Shown here: in pieces, positions 48,301-57,924 of the stretch
Layout of the letters: every line of letters begins with the position of its first letter
How positions within the stretch are numbered: position 1 is the first letter of the stretch
Virus record (IMG/VR): IMGVR_UViG_3300032288_005212
Coordinates: 1-64,000 of that record
Origin: an uncultured virus (IMG/VR IMGVR_UViG_3300032288_005212)
Lineage: Duplodnaviria > Heunggongvirae > Uroviricota > Caudoviricetes
Strand: one strand, 5' to 3'
DNA: 64,000 nucleotides
Notes under the pieces: generated by a model
Database searches by the model: none
What the model was told of the DNA's origin: nothing
What the model saw: the letters and a program-made list of their open reading frames with translations, nothing else
Translations under genes and position numbers: made by a program

Positions 48301-48854
48301 TCTACCCGTAATTGCGTTAAAGGCCGCAATAGTGCGGCCCATGCTACGCTCTCCACTAGGAGAATCATACTGAAGCCCTCTTTCGGAAAGAAGGCACAGT
48401 GCGTTTTCTAGCAATGTTTCAACTTTCATGGCCAATCTCAAACATTTCATCAATGTTAAGCATTACGGATGCTACGATTGCATCAGTAATAGCTTCCATG
48501 CTTGGCTGATCGTTATGCTTATAAGCACGGCGATAGCCTGCCGTTACTCCGGCAGCGATAGCGTCTTCAATAAGATCACGAAGTGCGGTCGGTCGAATTT
48601 GCATCATTTTTAATAAACCTCAGTTTTTGTTCGGGCTTCCAGTTTTTGAGATAGTCTGACATTTCATCAAACTGTCGAATATATTCGGCAGTAGTAACTT
48701 CTCGAGTAGAAGTAATAAGTTCATCAAGATGAGTTTGTCCAAACTCTTCTACTTCTTCGCAGGTTACATAGTCTTTTGCATACTCTGCTTTTTCACATTC
48801 AATCGCATAAGCGTGACGAAAAATCTGTACAGTTTCAACAATATAAAGTGGCAT
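42384..48854 (-). CDS. Dense array of about 25 small coupled early ORFs, including several paralog sets
   Basis: ATGA overlaps; promoters TTGACT-17-TATAAT at 42662-42690 and 48129-48157; internal paralogy. Confidence 0.65.
48154..48429 (-). CDS. DUF6378-like (nucleotide hydrolase-associated) protein
   Basis: ERG.QYD...GERSM...FNAITG..LTE.EG...LK.VR......DS.ED..AY.AL. Confidence 0.65.
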   Translation of the reverse strand: MKVETLLENALCLLSERGLQYDSPSGERSMGRTIAAFNAITGRDLTEAEGMLILALLKMVRDRQREKGHVDSCEDLIAYAALYAEARLNEC

Positions 48855-48876
48855 AATGGCCTCCTTGTGTAAAAAT

Positions 48877-48951
<75 letters not shown>

Positions 48952-48992
48952 AGTTGCTGCTCAATTTACCCTCGGAGTAGCAAACGAGAATA

Positions 48993-49076
48993 TGGTACCG
49001 ATGAGAAGACTCGAACTTCCACAACTTACGTCACTAGAACCTAAATCTAGCGTGTCTACCATTCCACCACATCGGC
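48993..49076 (-). tRNA. tRNA-Leu (TAG)
   Basis: GCCGATG acceptor, loop TTTAGGT, long variable arm, AGTTCGAG, CCA. Confidence 0.95.
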
Positions 49077-49185
49077 AAGTACGGTTTTTATCTGCATCAC
49101 ACTCTCGGGTTACCCGTGCCGCAACTTAATCGGATGAAGGTAACTTGCCTCATGGCAGACCGGACAGCAACCGAAAACCGGTAAT

Positions 49186-49845
49186 TTAACTTAACGAAGA
49201 ATTAGTCAAATACTTATTTTGAATAGGAAATTTAAGTGGCTCAGCACTGAGTCTTTTAGCTATTACATAAATAGAACACTCAGAACTTGCTTGAAACCTT
49301 GCTGTTGGATGCACTTCAGAAGAATTTGATCCATTAGTTACTATCATAAGCTCTATTTTCCAGTTATTTTGAGTGTACAAATCATGGTAAAAAGTAGGCT
49401 GTATACAATAAAACCCATGATTTAACATCGTTAATGGGGGAGTATGAAAAATGACTCCACCAGGTTTAACAGCATTTGCTGCATTAATCGTAGCCTGCCA
49501 AATATTGGCACAATGTTCAGTAGTACCACAGTCTAAAACTATATCGTACTTTCCAAAATCTTGGGGTTGATTTAGGTCAAAAATTTCTTCTCTACCACGA
49601 CTAGCTACAATATCAACATATCGTATTGTATTAATACCCAACTTCCTGAATACTTCGTCTGTCTCTGGCAATCTGTGGTGTCTTCCATGCCATCTACCAA
49701 AATCAGTTTCTGCAGTAGTTTGAAAGCCTGTAATAGTTTTAAGCTCATCCTGTGACATAACCATGTCTGGATATGACAAAGATAGCAATGAATCGCAGGG
49801 CATAAATTTTTTGATATTGCTAAGCCCTAATGCATTAATTCCCAT
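49186..49845 (-). CDS. SAM-dependent methyltransferase inside the tRNA cluster
   Basis: DLN....KYDIVLDCGTTEH..N....A..AVKPGG...NHGFY. Confidence 0.75.
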   Translation of the reverse strand: MGINALGLSNIKKFMPCDSLLSLSYPDMVMSQDELKTITGFQTTAETDFGRWHGRHHRLPETDEVFRKLGINTIRYVDIVASRGREEIFDLNQPQDFGKYDIVLDCGTTEHCANIWQATINAANAVKPGGVIFHTPPLTMLNHGFYCIQPTFYHDLYTQNNWKIELMIVTNGSNSSEVHPTARFQASSECSIYVIAKRLSAEPLKFPIQNKYLTNSSLS

Positions 49846-49861
49846 AATTATTACCTGTTTA

Positions 49862-49935
49862 TGGAGCCCACACTCGGAATCGAACCAAGGATAGATGATT
49901 ACAAATCAACTGTTATACCATTTAACTATGCGGGC
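49862..49935 (-). tRNA. tRNA-Thr (TGT)
   Basis: GCCCGCA acceptor, loop TTTGTAA, GGTTCGATTCC, CCA; promoter at 49945-49973. Confidence 0.95.
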
Positions 49936-50109
49936 AGAAAATATATTATCAATCCTGGCGAGTAAAAAGTCAAGAATTTTGTGGCCCTGTAGCAACAAAT
50001 TTTCTACCGCCTTTATGTTCTCGCATAATTGATCGTTGATTTGCTTCGATTTTTTCGAGCAGGTTTGAAATTTTGCGAAGCGTAAAAAGAACTTCTTTCG
50101 CCCAAGTAA

Positions 50110-50496
50110 TCATAAATCACCTTTTGCACGATTTTCGCTACGAGCGACTTCAAATCCGTCAGGATAGCGAGCTTGTAGCTTTTCTACATTCATTTTTACG
50201 ATCTCTTCAAGATTAACTGAAAGAGCGTTGGCAGCATTGGCGAGATACCAACATATATCTCCCAACTCACGTAGCATATGATAATGAACGTCAGCATTAT
50301 ATTCTTTTCCTTGAAAAATAATTTTCTTTACAATTTCAGAGAATTCACCGCTCTCGCTAGCCAGTCCAACACTTGCCGTCAGCAAGAGTGGGACATTCAC
50401 GTTCAGCGTAACAATGCGATCAATAAACTCACTCAGTCCTTTTGATTCCGCACTCGTTGTATACTTTACAAACTTCTGATATTCATTTAAATCCAC
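50110..50496 (-). CDS. MazG-like nucleotide pyrophosphohydrolase
   Basis: GLASESGEFSEIVKK, ELGDICWY and N.EKL.ARYP motifs. Confidence 0.9.
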   Translation of the reverse strand: MDLNEYQKFVKYTTSAESKGLSEFIDRIVTLNVNVPLLLTASVGLASESGEFSEIVKKIIFQGKEYNADVHYHMLRELGDICWYLANAANALSVNLEEIVKMNVEKLQARYPDGFEVARSENRAKGDL

Positions 50497-51107
50497 AGTT
50501 CAATTCCTTTTTCTTCCAAAGCGCGTTTACAGTCTTGAGCAACTTTCATATGCTCACGTTGAGTACCGTTTCCAGTACGAGTTTCAATATAATGCATCCA
50601 GGAACGTAGTGTTCCATTCATATAAATGCGCGAGAGTGTCATTCCTTCTGGAAGAACTGCTCGAGCCTGCTCTTTTGCAATTCCGTTGCTTAGCGCCCAT
50701 TCATACATTTCACGAGCAACATCACTTACTTCTTTTTGGCGCTCTTCCCACTCAGTCACAAGGCTAGACATTCCATCAATTGGAAGACTATTTTGACGAT
50801 TCTTCGTATCTTGAAGACGCGCTTCACGAGTAACAAACTCTTCTTTTACTTCCGCGTAACGCTGGCTAAACTCTTGAAAAGTAAAAGAGCGATGACGAAG
50901 AATTTGTCGAGCAATATCTCTCGTAGTTGTAATTTCAAGACAAGCATTTACCATCTCAAATGGAGAAAAATGTTTGTTTCGAATCAAATATTTAATCAGT
51001 TGCGGAGCAGTAGTCATATTATACTGATTTGCAGGGTTTGATACCCTCGCACAGTATGCAACTGTTTCCATTGCTCCAGGTGTAATCCATACTACTTTTA
51101 CTGTCAT
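50487..51107 (-). CDS. thyX: FAD-dependent thymidylate synthase
   Basis: H.SPFE, RQILRHRSF.FQEFSQRY and EQARAVLP motifs. Confidence 0.97.
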   Translation of the reverse strand: MTVKVVWITPGAMETVAYCARVSNPANQYNMTTAPQLIKYLIRNKHFSPFEMVNACLEITTTRDIARQILRHRSFTFQEFSQRYAEVKEEFVTREARLQDTKNRQNSLPIDGMSSLVTEWEERQKEVSDVAREMYEWALSNGIAKEQARAVLPEGMTLSRIYMNGTLRSWMHYIETRTGNGTQREHMKVAQDCKRALEEKGIELWI

Positions 51108-51136
51108 ATTTTTCTCTCCTTAGTGGAATTTCACAT

Positions 51137-51231
51137 ATTATATCACTTATCTATGTAAAAAGTCAAGGTTTATTTTTCGAAGTACCAATTAAAAAATAGT
51201 GCTTGACATAGTGTTCTAAACTTGTTACAAT
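51137..51231. promoter_or_regulatory. Divergent sigma70 promoters (thyX leftward, phoH rightward)
   Basis: Minus TTGACT-18-TATAAT at 51137-51166; plus TTGACA-17-TACAAT at 51203-51231. Confidence 0.75.
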
Positions 51232-51251
51232 ATTAAAATAAGGAGTACTAA

Positions 51252-51944
51252 ATGGCAAAACATTATCAGCCTCAGCATTTTCAGCCAAAGTCATTCTCCC
51301 CAATAACAAGAAACCAGAGAAAAGTATTTGAGTACTTTCCACATAATCATCTTGTATTGCACGGAATGGCTGGAACTGGAAAATCATTTCTTTCACTCTA
51401 TCTATCTCTTCAAGCAGTTCTTGCTAAAAAATCACCGTATTTTAAAGTTATTGTGGTACGCAGTGCAGTGCCAACTCGAGATATTGGATTTTTACCTGGT
51501 TCGCTAAAAGAAAAAATAGAGGCGTATGAAGAACCCTATAAAATAATTGTTGATGAAATTTTTGGTCGTGGAGATGCCTATGGTATTCTCAAAAATAAAG
51601 GACAGATTGAATTTGTTACTACCTCCTATCTTCGAGGCGTGACTCTCGACGATTGCATTGTAATAGTAGATGAATTTCAAAACTGTACTTTCCAAGAATT
51701 AGATACTATTATAACGCGTATAGGCGAAAATGGCAAGATAATTTTCTGCGGAGACTATCGTCAAAGTGATCTTGACAAGAGTCGAGAGCGTAGAGGAATG
51801 ATGAAATTTCTTGACATTCTCGAAAAAATGTACGAATTTGAGTTTGTAGAATTTGAAGCAGAAGATATTGTTCGAAGCGGCCTCGTAAAGTCCTACATTA
51901 TAGCTAAGTCGGAACTTGAAGACCACTTAAAAAATAGTGCTTGA
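51252..51944 (+). CDS. phoH: PhoH-family ATPase
   Basis: GMAGTGKS, GFLPG, YLRGVT, VDEFQN, TRIG, GD..QSD and DIVRS motifs. Confidence 0.95.
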   Translation: MAKHYQPQHFQPKSFSPITRNQRKVFEYFPHNHLVLHGMAGTGKSFLSLYLSLQAVLAKKSPYFKVIVVRSAVPTRDIGFLPGSLKEKIEAYEEPYKIIVDEIFGRGDAYGILKNKGQIEFVTTSYLRGVTLDDCIVIVDEFQNCTFQELDTIITRIGENGKIIFCGDYRQSDLDKSRERRGMMKFLDILEKMYEFEFVEFEAEDIVRSGLVKSYIIAKSELEDHLKNSA

Positions 51945-52041
51945 TTTTTTAGTTCACTCCTGTTATAATATATGACAGTGTGAGGGTCTGCCCACACTGT
52001 TATAATAACGCTACCGAAAGGGGCAGCATAAGGAGAAACTT

Positions 52042-52413
52042 ATGAAACTTGATACTTTTTTTGTCGGCTTCGACAATTTTGCACGAAATATTCCCGTTAC
52101 CGACTATCCACGTTACAATACATTAAAAACTGATGACGATGGATATCTGCTTCAAGTAGCTCTTCCAGGCTGGGAGCCTGAGCACGTTGAAGTATCCCTT
52201 CATAAAGGTGTACTTACAATTAAGGGTGAGAAGCAGCCAGAGAATGAGAATCTTCAGTGGATTCATAAAGGCATCTCTACTAAGAGCTTTGAGCGCAACT
52301 TTAAATTGGACACTGATCTCGAAGTGAAATCTGCAAAATTTCATAATGGTATGCTAGAGGTATATTTACAATATTCCTTTAACAGTAAGCCTATCAAGAT
52401 CGAGGTACACTAA
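52042..52413 (+). CDS. Small heat-shock protein (Hsp20)
   Basis: VGFD, YPRYN, ALPG, HKGIS..SF.R.F.L and NGML motifs. Confidence 0.95.
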   Translation: MKLDTFFVGFDNFARNIPVTDYPRYNTLKTDDDGYLLQVALPGWEPEHVEVSLHKGVLTIKGEKQPENENLQWIHKGISTKSFERNFKLDTDLEVKSAKFHNGMLEVYLQYSFNSKPIKIEVH

Positions 52414-52468
52414 AAAGCTAGGCCGCCTACGGGGCGGCCTTGTTCTTATTGTACATTGGAATAAACCA

Positions 52469-52831
52469 ATGCTACTACCTATAATTGGAGGAGTTGTTGA
52501 GCTAGGGAAAACCTGGCTAGAAGGTAAGAATACAAAAATAAAAGCAAAGGCTGAAGCCGAGGCTACAGTTCTTGTTAAATCAGCTGAAAGTGAGGCAAAC
52601 TGGGAAACTATAATGGCCCAAAATAGTGCTTCTTCTTGGAAAGATGAGTGGATTACAATTCTTTTTAGCATTCCTATGATACTATGTTTCTTTCCCAGCA
52701 CTGTTCAATATGTTAGAGATGGTTTTGCCGCTCTTGAAGGTATGCCGGACTGGTATCAGTATACTCTTTCAATAATTGTTGCGGCTTCATTTGGCGTTCG
52801 TTCTGCAATAGGATTTATGAAGAAAAAATGA
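52469..52831 (+). CDS. Holin (3TM / GTA-type family)
   Basis: SSWKDEW...L..MPDWYQY...ASFGVR; upstream of lysozyme. Confidence 0.7.
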   Translation: MLLPIIGGVVELGKTWLEGKNTKIKAKAEAEATVLVKSAESEANWETIMAQNSASSWKDEWITILFSIPMILCFFPSTVQYVRDGFAALEGMPDWYQYTLSIIVAASFGVRSAIGFMKKK

Positions 52832-52933
52832 AAGAAGTAAGCCTGATAGTAGATTCTACATCAAGAAAGTGGCGTAAAAAGTTAAAAAAGATTAGAAAAA
52901 CCAAACAACGGCGCTACGATAGGGAGCTAGTGA

Positions 52934-53377
52934 ATGGATTATCAAAAATTAAAAGATGAGTTATCAGTAGATGAAGGATATAGAAATGAAATATATCTAG
53001 ATCATCTTGGGTACCCAACAATAGGTATTGGACATTTAATTTTAAAAAGCGATCCAGAATACGGAAAGCCCGTAGGTACTTTAGTAAGTGGAGAAAGAAT
53101 AACTGAACTATTTATAGCTGATGTTGAAAATTCAATAAAAGACGCTAAAAAATTATTTTCAAACTTTGATACTTGTTCTGACGACATCCAAAGAGTTTTA
53201 GTAAATATGATGTTTAATCTTGGGTATACAAGGTTTTCAAAATTTAAAAAATTTAAAGCCGCAATAGAAGCTAGGAATTGGAAGCAGGCAGCAATAGAAG
53301 GTGCCGATTCTTTATGGTATAAACAAGTGCCTAATAGAGCACGCAGATTAATGGAAAGATTAAAAAATGGAGTATAA
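52934..53377 (+). CDS. Endolysin, T4-type lysozyme (GH24)
   Basis: DEG....Y.D.LGYPTIGIGH, NM.FNLG and DS.WY.QVP.RA motifs. Confidence 0.95.
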   Translation: MDYQKLKDELSVDEGYRNEIYLDHLGYPTIGIGHLILKSDPEYGKPVGTLVSGERITELFIADVENSIKDAKKLFSNFDTCSDDIQRVLVNMMFNLGYTRFSKFKKFKAAIEARNWKQAAIEGADSLWYKQVPNRARRLMERLKNGV

Positions 53378-53981
53378 AATACCCCACAAACACAGAAACA
53401 AAAAATTTGTTCTTTGTGCAACTGGACCTTCTCTTACCCCTGAAGTAGTAGAAACTATCAGAAAGTATAAAACTGAGGATCACGTTATTTTTGGAATAAA
53501 TGACAGTTATCGAATAATTGATTTCCTAGATGAACACTATGCTTGTGATGAAAAATGGTGGAGCACTTGGGGTAAAGACTTTAGAGAAAAATATCCATAT
53601 CTTTCTGCGTGGGCTTATGGAGATAACGCAGCAGAATATGGTGTAAAAGTTGTAAAAGGATTTCATAATCCAGGACTTAGTTTACGTCAAGATAAACTTC
53701 ATTATGGCTCAAATTCAGGATATCAAGCATTAAATATTGCATTTTTAATGGGGGGTAGAAAGTTCATCCTTGTTGGCTACAATATGAGAAGAGTTGAGCA
53801 TAAAAGCCACTTTTTCGGAGACCACGTAGGAATGAATAATACCAGCCCATACGACATATTTATAAAAAATTATAGCACAATACAAGGATCTATAAAAGAA
53901 CTCATAGTAAACTGTACAGAAAACTCTGCTTTAAATTGTTTTAGAATGGGAAATTTGGAAGAGGAACTTCAGCGTGATTAA
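53367..53981 (+). CDS. Maf/MptE-like (sialyltransferase-fold) glycosyltransferase-related protein
   Basis: ATGPSL, GIND and NSGYQALNIAFLMG..FILVGY motifs. Confidence 0.65.
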   Translation: MEYKIPHKHRNKKFVLCATGPSLTPEVVETIRKYKTEDHVIFGINDSYRIIDFLDEHYACDEKWWSTWGKDFREKYPYLSAWAYGDNAAEYGVKVVKGFHNPGLSLRQDKLHYGSNSGYQALNIAFLMGGRKFILVGYNMRRVEHKSHFFGDHVGMNNTSPYDIFIKNYSTIQGSIKELIVNCTENSALNCFRMGNLEEELQRD

Positions 53982-54603
53982 AATTTTTGTAGGCACTTCT
54001 CAGAATGGGGAGGATGCTTTAGCAGAAAAAACTTTAGAATACTCTTTAAGAAAACATAGTTCTGAAGAGCTGGAAGTTATATTTATGCGAAATAATGACT
54101 CGTATATGGGCTATTTCAATAACTCCACCTGGGCCACTCCATTCACCAACCTTCGCTGGACAATCCCGGAGTATTGTGGATTTACTGGACGAGCCATTTA
54201 TATGGATGTGGATCAACTCAACCTTCGAGATATTTCAGAACTTTATCATATTGATCTTCAAGGAAAACCATTTGCCTCTAGAGAAGATAGATTATGTGTT
54301 ATGGTCATTGACTGTGAAGCAATGCAGCCGTTGCTGCAGCCAGTACCAGTCATTAAAAATACTCCAAACTACGGTAATAGTATTTACTGGGATATTGTGA
54401 AAAAAAGCCATCATTTTGATCCTCGCTGGAACTGTCTCGATGGGGAGGATCGTCCTATTTCAGATATATGGCATCTTCATTTTACCTCTATGCCAACACA
54501 GCCCTGGAAACCTGCTTGGTTTCGCGGAATGCCAAGACCACATTGGAGACAGGATTTAGTTGACCTATGGGAAAAATATAAAATAGAAGCCCATGCACGA
54601 TGA
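53974..54603 (+). CDS. GT8-like glycosyltransferase
   Basis: WATPFT.LRW.IP...GRAIYMDVD, WN.LD and LHFT...QPW motifs. Confidence 0.8.
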   Translation: MIKIFVGTSQNGEDALAEKTLEYSLRKHSSEELEVIFMRNNDSYMGYFNNSTWATPFTNLRWTIPEYCGFTGRAIYMDVDQLNLRDISELYHIDLQGKPFASREDRLCVMVIDCEAMQPLLQPVPVIKNTPNYGNSIYWDIVKKSHHFDPRWNCLDGEDRPISDIWHLHFTSMPTQPWKPAWFRGMPRPHWRQDLVDLWEKYKIEAHAR

Positions 54604-55277
54604 AAATTAGTATTCTTCTTACAACCCACAATAGAGAGCAAGAAGCAATTTATTGTATATCTAATCTGCTTGAACAAATAACCAATCATATAGAAGTTAT
54701 ATTGTTAGACGATTATCATATTTATAATCCAAACTTAAATACTTTTTGCAATGAAAATTCTATACAGTATGTCCATACGGGTATACAAAAGAATGGACAA
54801 TACTTATGGAGAATGCCTGGGTATGCTTTAAATATTGGGGCAAAACTTGCTGGTGCTGATTATTTAATCATAGGTAATTGTGAAATATTACATACAGATA
54901 AAGATTGTATAAATAAAATGTATGAGTTTAAAGATTCTGTATCCAGCCCTATTGTTCTTCGACAAAAAGAAAAAGGTAACTTTGAGTCTTTTAATTTAAT
55001 GCCTAATCGTTTTCCATTTTTTTGGGGGCTACCAAAACATATGTACATAGATATAGGCGGATTTGACGAAGATTTTACAGGAACAGCTTTTGATGATGCG
55101 GATTTTTCTGATCGAATTTTAAGTATGTTAAAGTTTACTGAAATAGATTCAAAAGTTATACATTTGTGGAATCCTGATGTTGGTGGGGGCGATCGATGGG
55201 TGCATAATAAAAATCTTTATGAGACCCGCAAAGGGATTATAAAAAGAAATGTTGATAGAGAGTGGGGAGTTTTATGA
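54600..55277 (+). CDS. GT2-family glycosyltransferase
   Basis: ISILL...NR, EVILLDD, NIG and GGFDE.F.G..DD.D motifs. Confidence 0.85.
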   Translation: MKISILLTTHNREQEAIYCISNLLEQITNHIEVILLDDYHIYNPNLNTFCNENSIQYVHTGIQKNGQYLWRMPGYALNIGAKLAGADYLIIGNCEILHTDKDCINKMYEFKDSVSSPIVLRQKEKGNFESFNLMPNRFPFFWGLPKHMYIDIGGFDEDFTGTAFDDADFSDRILSMLKFTEIDSKVIHLWNPDVGGGDRWVHNKNLYETRKGIIKRNVDREWGVL

Positions 55278-56053
55278 AATTTATATGTTTCGCACAGTTA
55301 AGAAATGAGCTAGAGAATGGAAATTTAGAGTTGTGGCTTCAACAACAGACTTCTCTATGCGATAAGATTTATGTGTACGATCAAAACTCAACCGATGGAA
55401 GCAAAGATTTATATAAAAAATATAAAAATCTTGAAGTAATCTACTCAGATAAAAATGATTTTGGAAATGAGATAGTTTGTAAACACCAGTTACTTCAACT
55501 ACTGCAGAAAAATGAAGGCTATGATAATATCATTTTTTGGATAGACGGCGATACTTTTATTGATACAACTTTTGATAGACAAAATATAGAAAATATTTTT
55601 GCACAAACCGAATTAACACACTTACGCTTACGACACTATAATCTATGGAGAAGCGATACATTTTATAGAACAGATGGAAAATATCATAACTTATATAGAA
55701 ATGGAGTAGTTGCTTTATGGAAAAACTCTCCTGATTTAAGTTTTAATCCTCGTTCTGGACTTCATACACAAGTAGCCCCAGATAGGTTAAATAGTCAAAA
55801 TAACCATGGATTAATTGAAACCTCACTGATTCATCGTGGGTTTGCAACTGATTTTCAAATAATTAAAAGATATAAAACATATAAAAGTTTTGGTCAAACC
55901 GGATATAGATTAGAAATGCTATTAGATGAACAAAATTTATCTGTTACACAACTTGATATAAATTTGGTCCCAACATTTATACCAAAAAATTTAGACAGCC
56001 CCATAGGTAAAGAGTTAATTTTAGAAAAATATAGGAGAGGGTGCTTAGAATGA
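55274..56053 (+). CDS. GT2-like glycosyltransferase
   Basis: RNE...L..W......D..YVYD..STDGS and WIDGD motifs. Confidence 0.75.
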   Translation: MKFICFAQLRNELENGNLELWLQQQTSLCDKIYVYDQNSTDGSKDLYKKYKNLEVIYSDKNDFGNEIVCKHQLLQLLQKNEGYDNIIFWIDGDTFIDTTFDRQNIENIFAQTELTHLRLRHYNLWRSDTFYRTDGKYHNLYRNGVVALWKNSPDLSFNPRSGLHTQVAPDRLNSQNNHGLIETSLIHRGFATDFQIIKRYKTYKSFGQTGYRLEMLLDEQNLSVTQLDINLVPTFIPKNLDSPIGKELILEKYRRGCLE

Positions 56054-56628
56054 GCGATTTTTGGGAAAATAAACACAGACTAGAAGACTCGTATTGGCTA
56101 ACTGGATCCGGTGTTGATACTTATTCTTTTTATCATAATATTAATTGGGAATTTTTTAAGGGTAAAAAAATACTAGAGATAGGTATCGGTACTGGAAAAT
56201 TTTTAAATCAGTGTAATAATAATTTTTTATTGTATGCTTCTGATATATCTACTATAGCTTTAAATAAAATAAACCATTTAGTAATTAATTCTTATTTATC
56301 TAAAAATATAAAGCAGTGCCCAGAAGTAGATTTAGCAATTTGTCATTTAGTTTTTCAACATAACAATATATCAGAAGTAGAAAGAATAATAAATGATGTT
56401 AACTTAACTACAACTGGTATATTTAGCTTTCAATATGCTGAGTGTACAGATTTTAAATTAGCAAAAGAGAAAGATCCCAATATGGTACTAAATGAAACTC
56501 ATTTTTTTCACTCTTACGAAGATATTGAAAATGCCATAAACAATAGCAATAAAAAATTATTACAACATCATGGTAGAGTTAAAGTTAGTACGGGTATACA
56601 TTGGAATATTTGTAGAGTGTGCATATGA
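56050..56628 (+). CDS. Class I SAM methyltransferase
   Basis: ILEIGIGTG, DIS and LVFQH motifs. Confidence 0.8.
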   Translation: MSDFWENKHRLEDSYWLTGSGVDTYSFYHNINWEFFKGKKILEIGIGTGKFLNQCNNNFLLYASDISTIALNKINHLVINSYLSKNIKQCPEVDLAICHLVFQHNNISEVERIINDVNLTTTGIFSFQYAECTDFKLAKEKDPNMVLNETHFFHSYEDIENAINNSNKKLLQHHGRVKVSTGIHWNICRVCI

Positions 56629-57347
56629 AAAATATAGAAGTCATATCCCTAATCTTTAAGTCTGTAGACTATTTAGATTTTATTGTTAATCAATTAAAAA
56701 CAAACTGTAAAGCCGAAGGATGGGACGTAGGAGTACGCATTGTAGCTAATGATGCCAATGAAAAAGTTTTACATAGATTAAAAGATAGCGATATACCTTA
56801 TTCTATTTATAATGATCCATATCCAGATCAATATTACTTAAATAGAGTTTATAGATGCTGGAATTTTGCCGGTAAAAGTTCCGAGTATGATAACATATGT
56901 TTTGTAAATTCCGATATGGCGTTTAGCACTAATTGGCTAACTAACTTGCTAAAATTTCATGATGGAAAAAATATACCTACTAGCAGATTGGTTGAAAGCG
57001 GAAAAATGTTAAGTGGTATGCACGGCATTAGCTATGACTGTGGCAAACACCCTAAAATCTTTGATGCATCAAAGTGGGAATCTTATGCTGAAGAAATCAA
57101 AGAAAATACTTGCCACAACGGTGGACTTTATATGCCATGTATATTTGAAAAATCAAGGTTTATAGAGAGCGGAATGTACCCTGAGGGAAACATATACGTT
57201 GATGGGGTTGGAACCTGTAACGGTAGAAAAATTTGTAGTGGCGATAGATGGTTTTTTAATAATTTAGAACAAAACTTTGGGATGAAACATATTACTGTGT
57301 TTAATTCTTTAGTGTATCATATACAGGAAGGTGAAATGGATGATTAA
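56625..57347 (+). CDS. GT-A fold glycosyltransferase
   Basis: WN.A......FVNSDM.F..NWL..L, LVESG, MP and GD..FF...VYH motifs. Confidence 0.7.
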   Translation: MKNIEVISLIFKSVDYLDFIVNQLKTNCKAEGWDVGVRIVANDANEKVLHRLKDSDIPYSIYNDPYPDQYYLNRVYRCWNFAGKSSEYDNICFVNSDMAFSTNWLTNLLKFHDGKNIPTSRLVESGKMLSGMHGISYDCGKHPKIFDASKWESYAEEIKENTCHNGGLYMPCIFEKSRFIESGMYPEGNIYVDGVGTCNGRKICSGDRWFFNNLEQNFGMKHITVFNSLVYHIQEGEMDD

Positions 57348-57924
57348 GTCAAACTGGGATGGAAGCAAAACTTTATCAATAGACGGAACCGGTAGTCTTG
57401 CATCTGTGGACTGTAAAGTCGCACAAAACCTACATAAATTTATAGTTGATAATATCATAACAGAAGGTGCTATAATAGACTTTGGAGCAGGCCAAGGTTA
57501 TTTTCAAAAATACTTTGAAGAAAATACTAATTTTGATGTGTGGTCTATCGAAGGTTATTCTGGATTGGATTTTAAAGCAAATAAAGATAAGTGGTTGCTC
57601 AGTAATCTCGGGACAAAGTTGACTCAGGAATATCACAAAAAATTTGACTTAGTAGTTTCTTTTGAATGTATAGAGCACATCCATAAAACAGAGCAAGAAG
57701 TATTTTGGGAAAATGTATTTTTATGCTCTAATAAAGCTTTAATAGGAATACATACAGAAAATGAGGAACATGACGCCCATTGCTTTATAAGAAACACTGA
57801 TTGGTGGGTGAATTTTTTTGAATCAAAAGGCTATAAGTACAAAATTCTTGGGCATTCTAAAGATTATTGGCCAGTTTGGCCAGAAGCACAGTGTTCTTTA
57901 TTTGCATACTTAGAGGTACAATAA
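57340..57924 (+). CDS. Class I SAM methyltransferase
   Basis: IDFGAGQG, FDLVVSFECIEHI and H......WW...F motifs. Confidence 0.8.
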   Translation: MIKSNWDGSKTLSIDGTGSLASVDCKVAQNLHKFIVDNIITEGAIIDFGAGQGYFQKYFEENTNFDVWSIEGYSGLDFKANKDKWLLSNLGTKLTQEYHKKFDLVVSFECIEHIHKTEQEVFWENVFLCSNKALIGIHTENEEHDAHCFIRNTDWWVNFFESKGYKYKILGHSKDYWPVWPEAQCSLFAYLEVQ

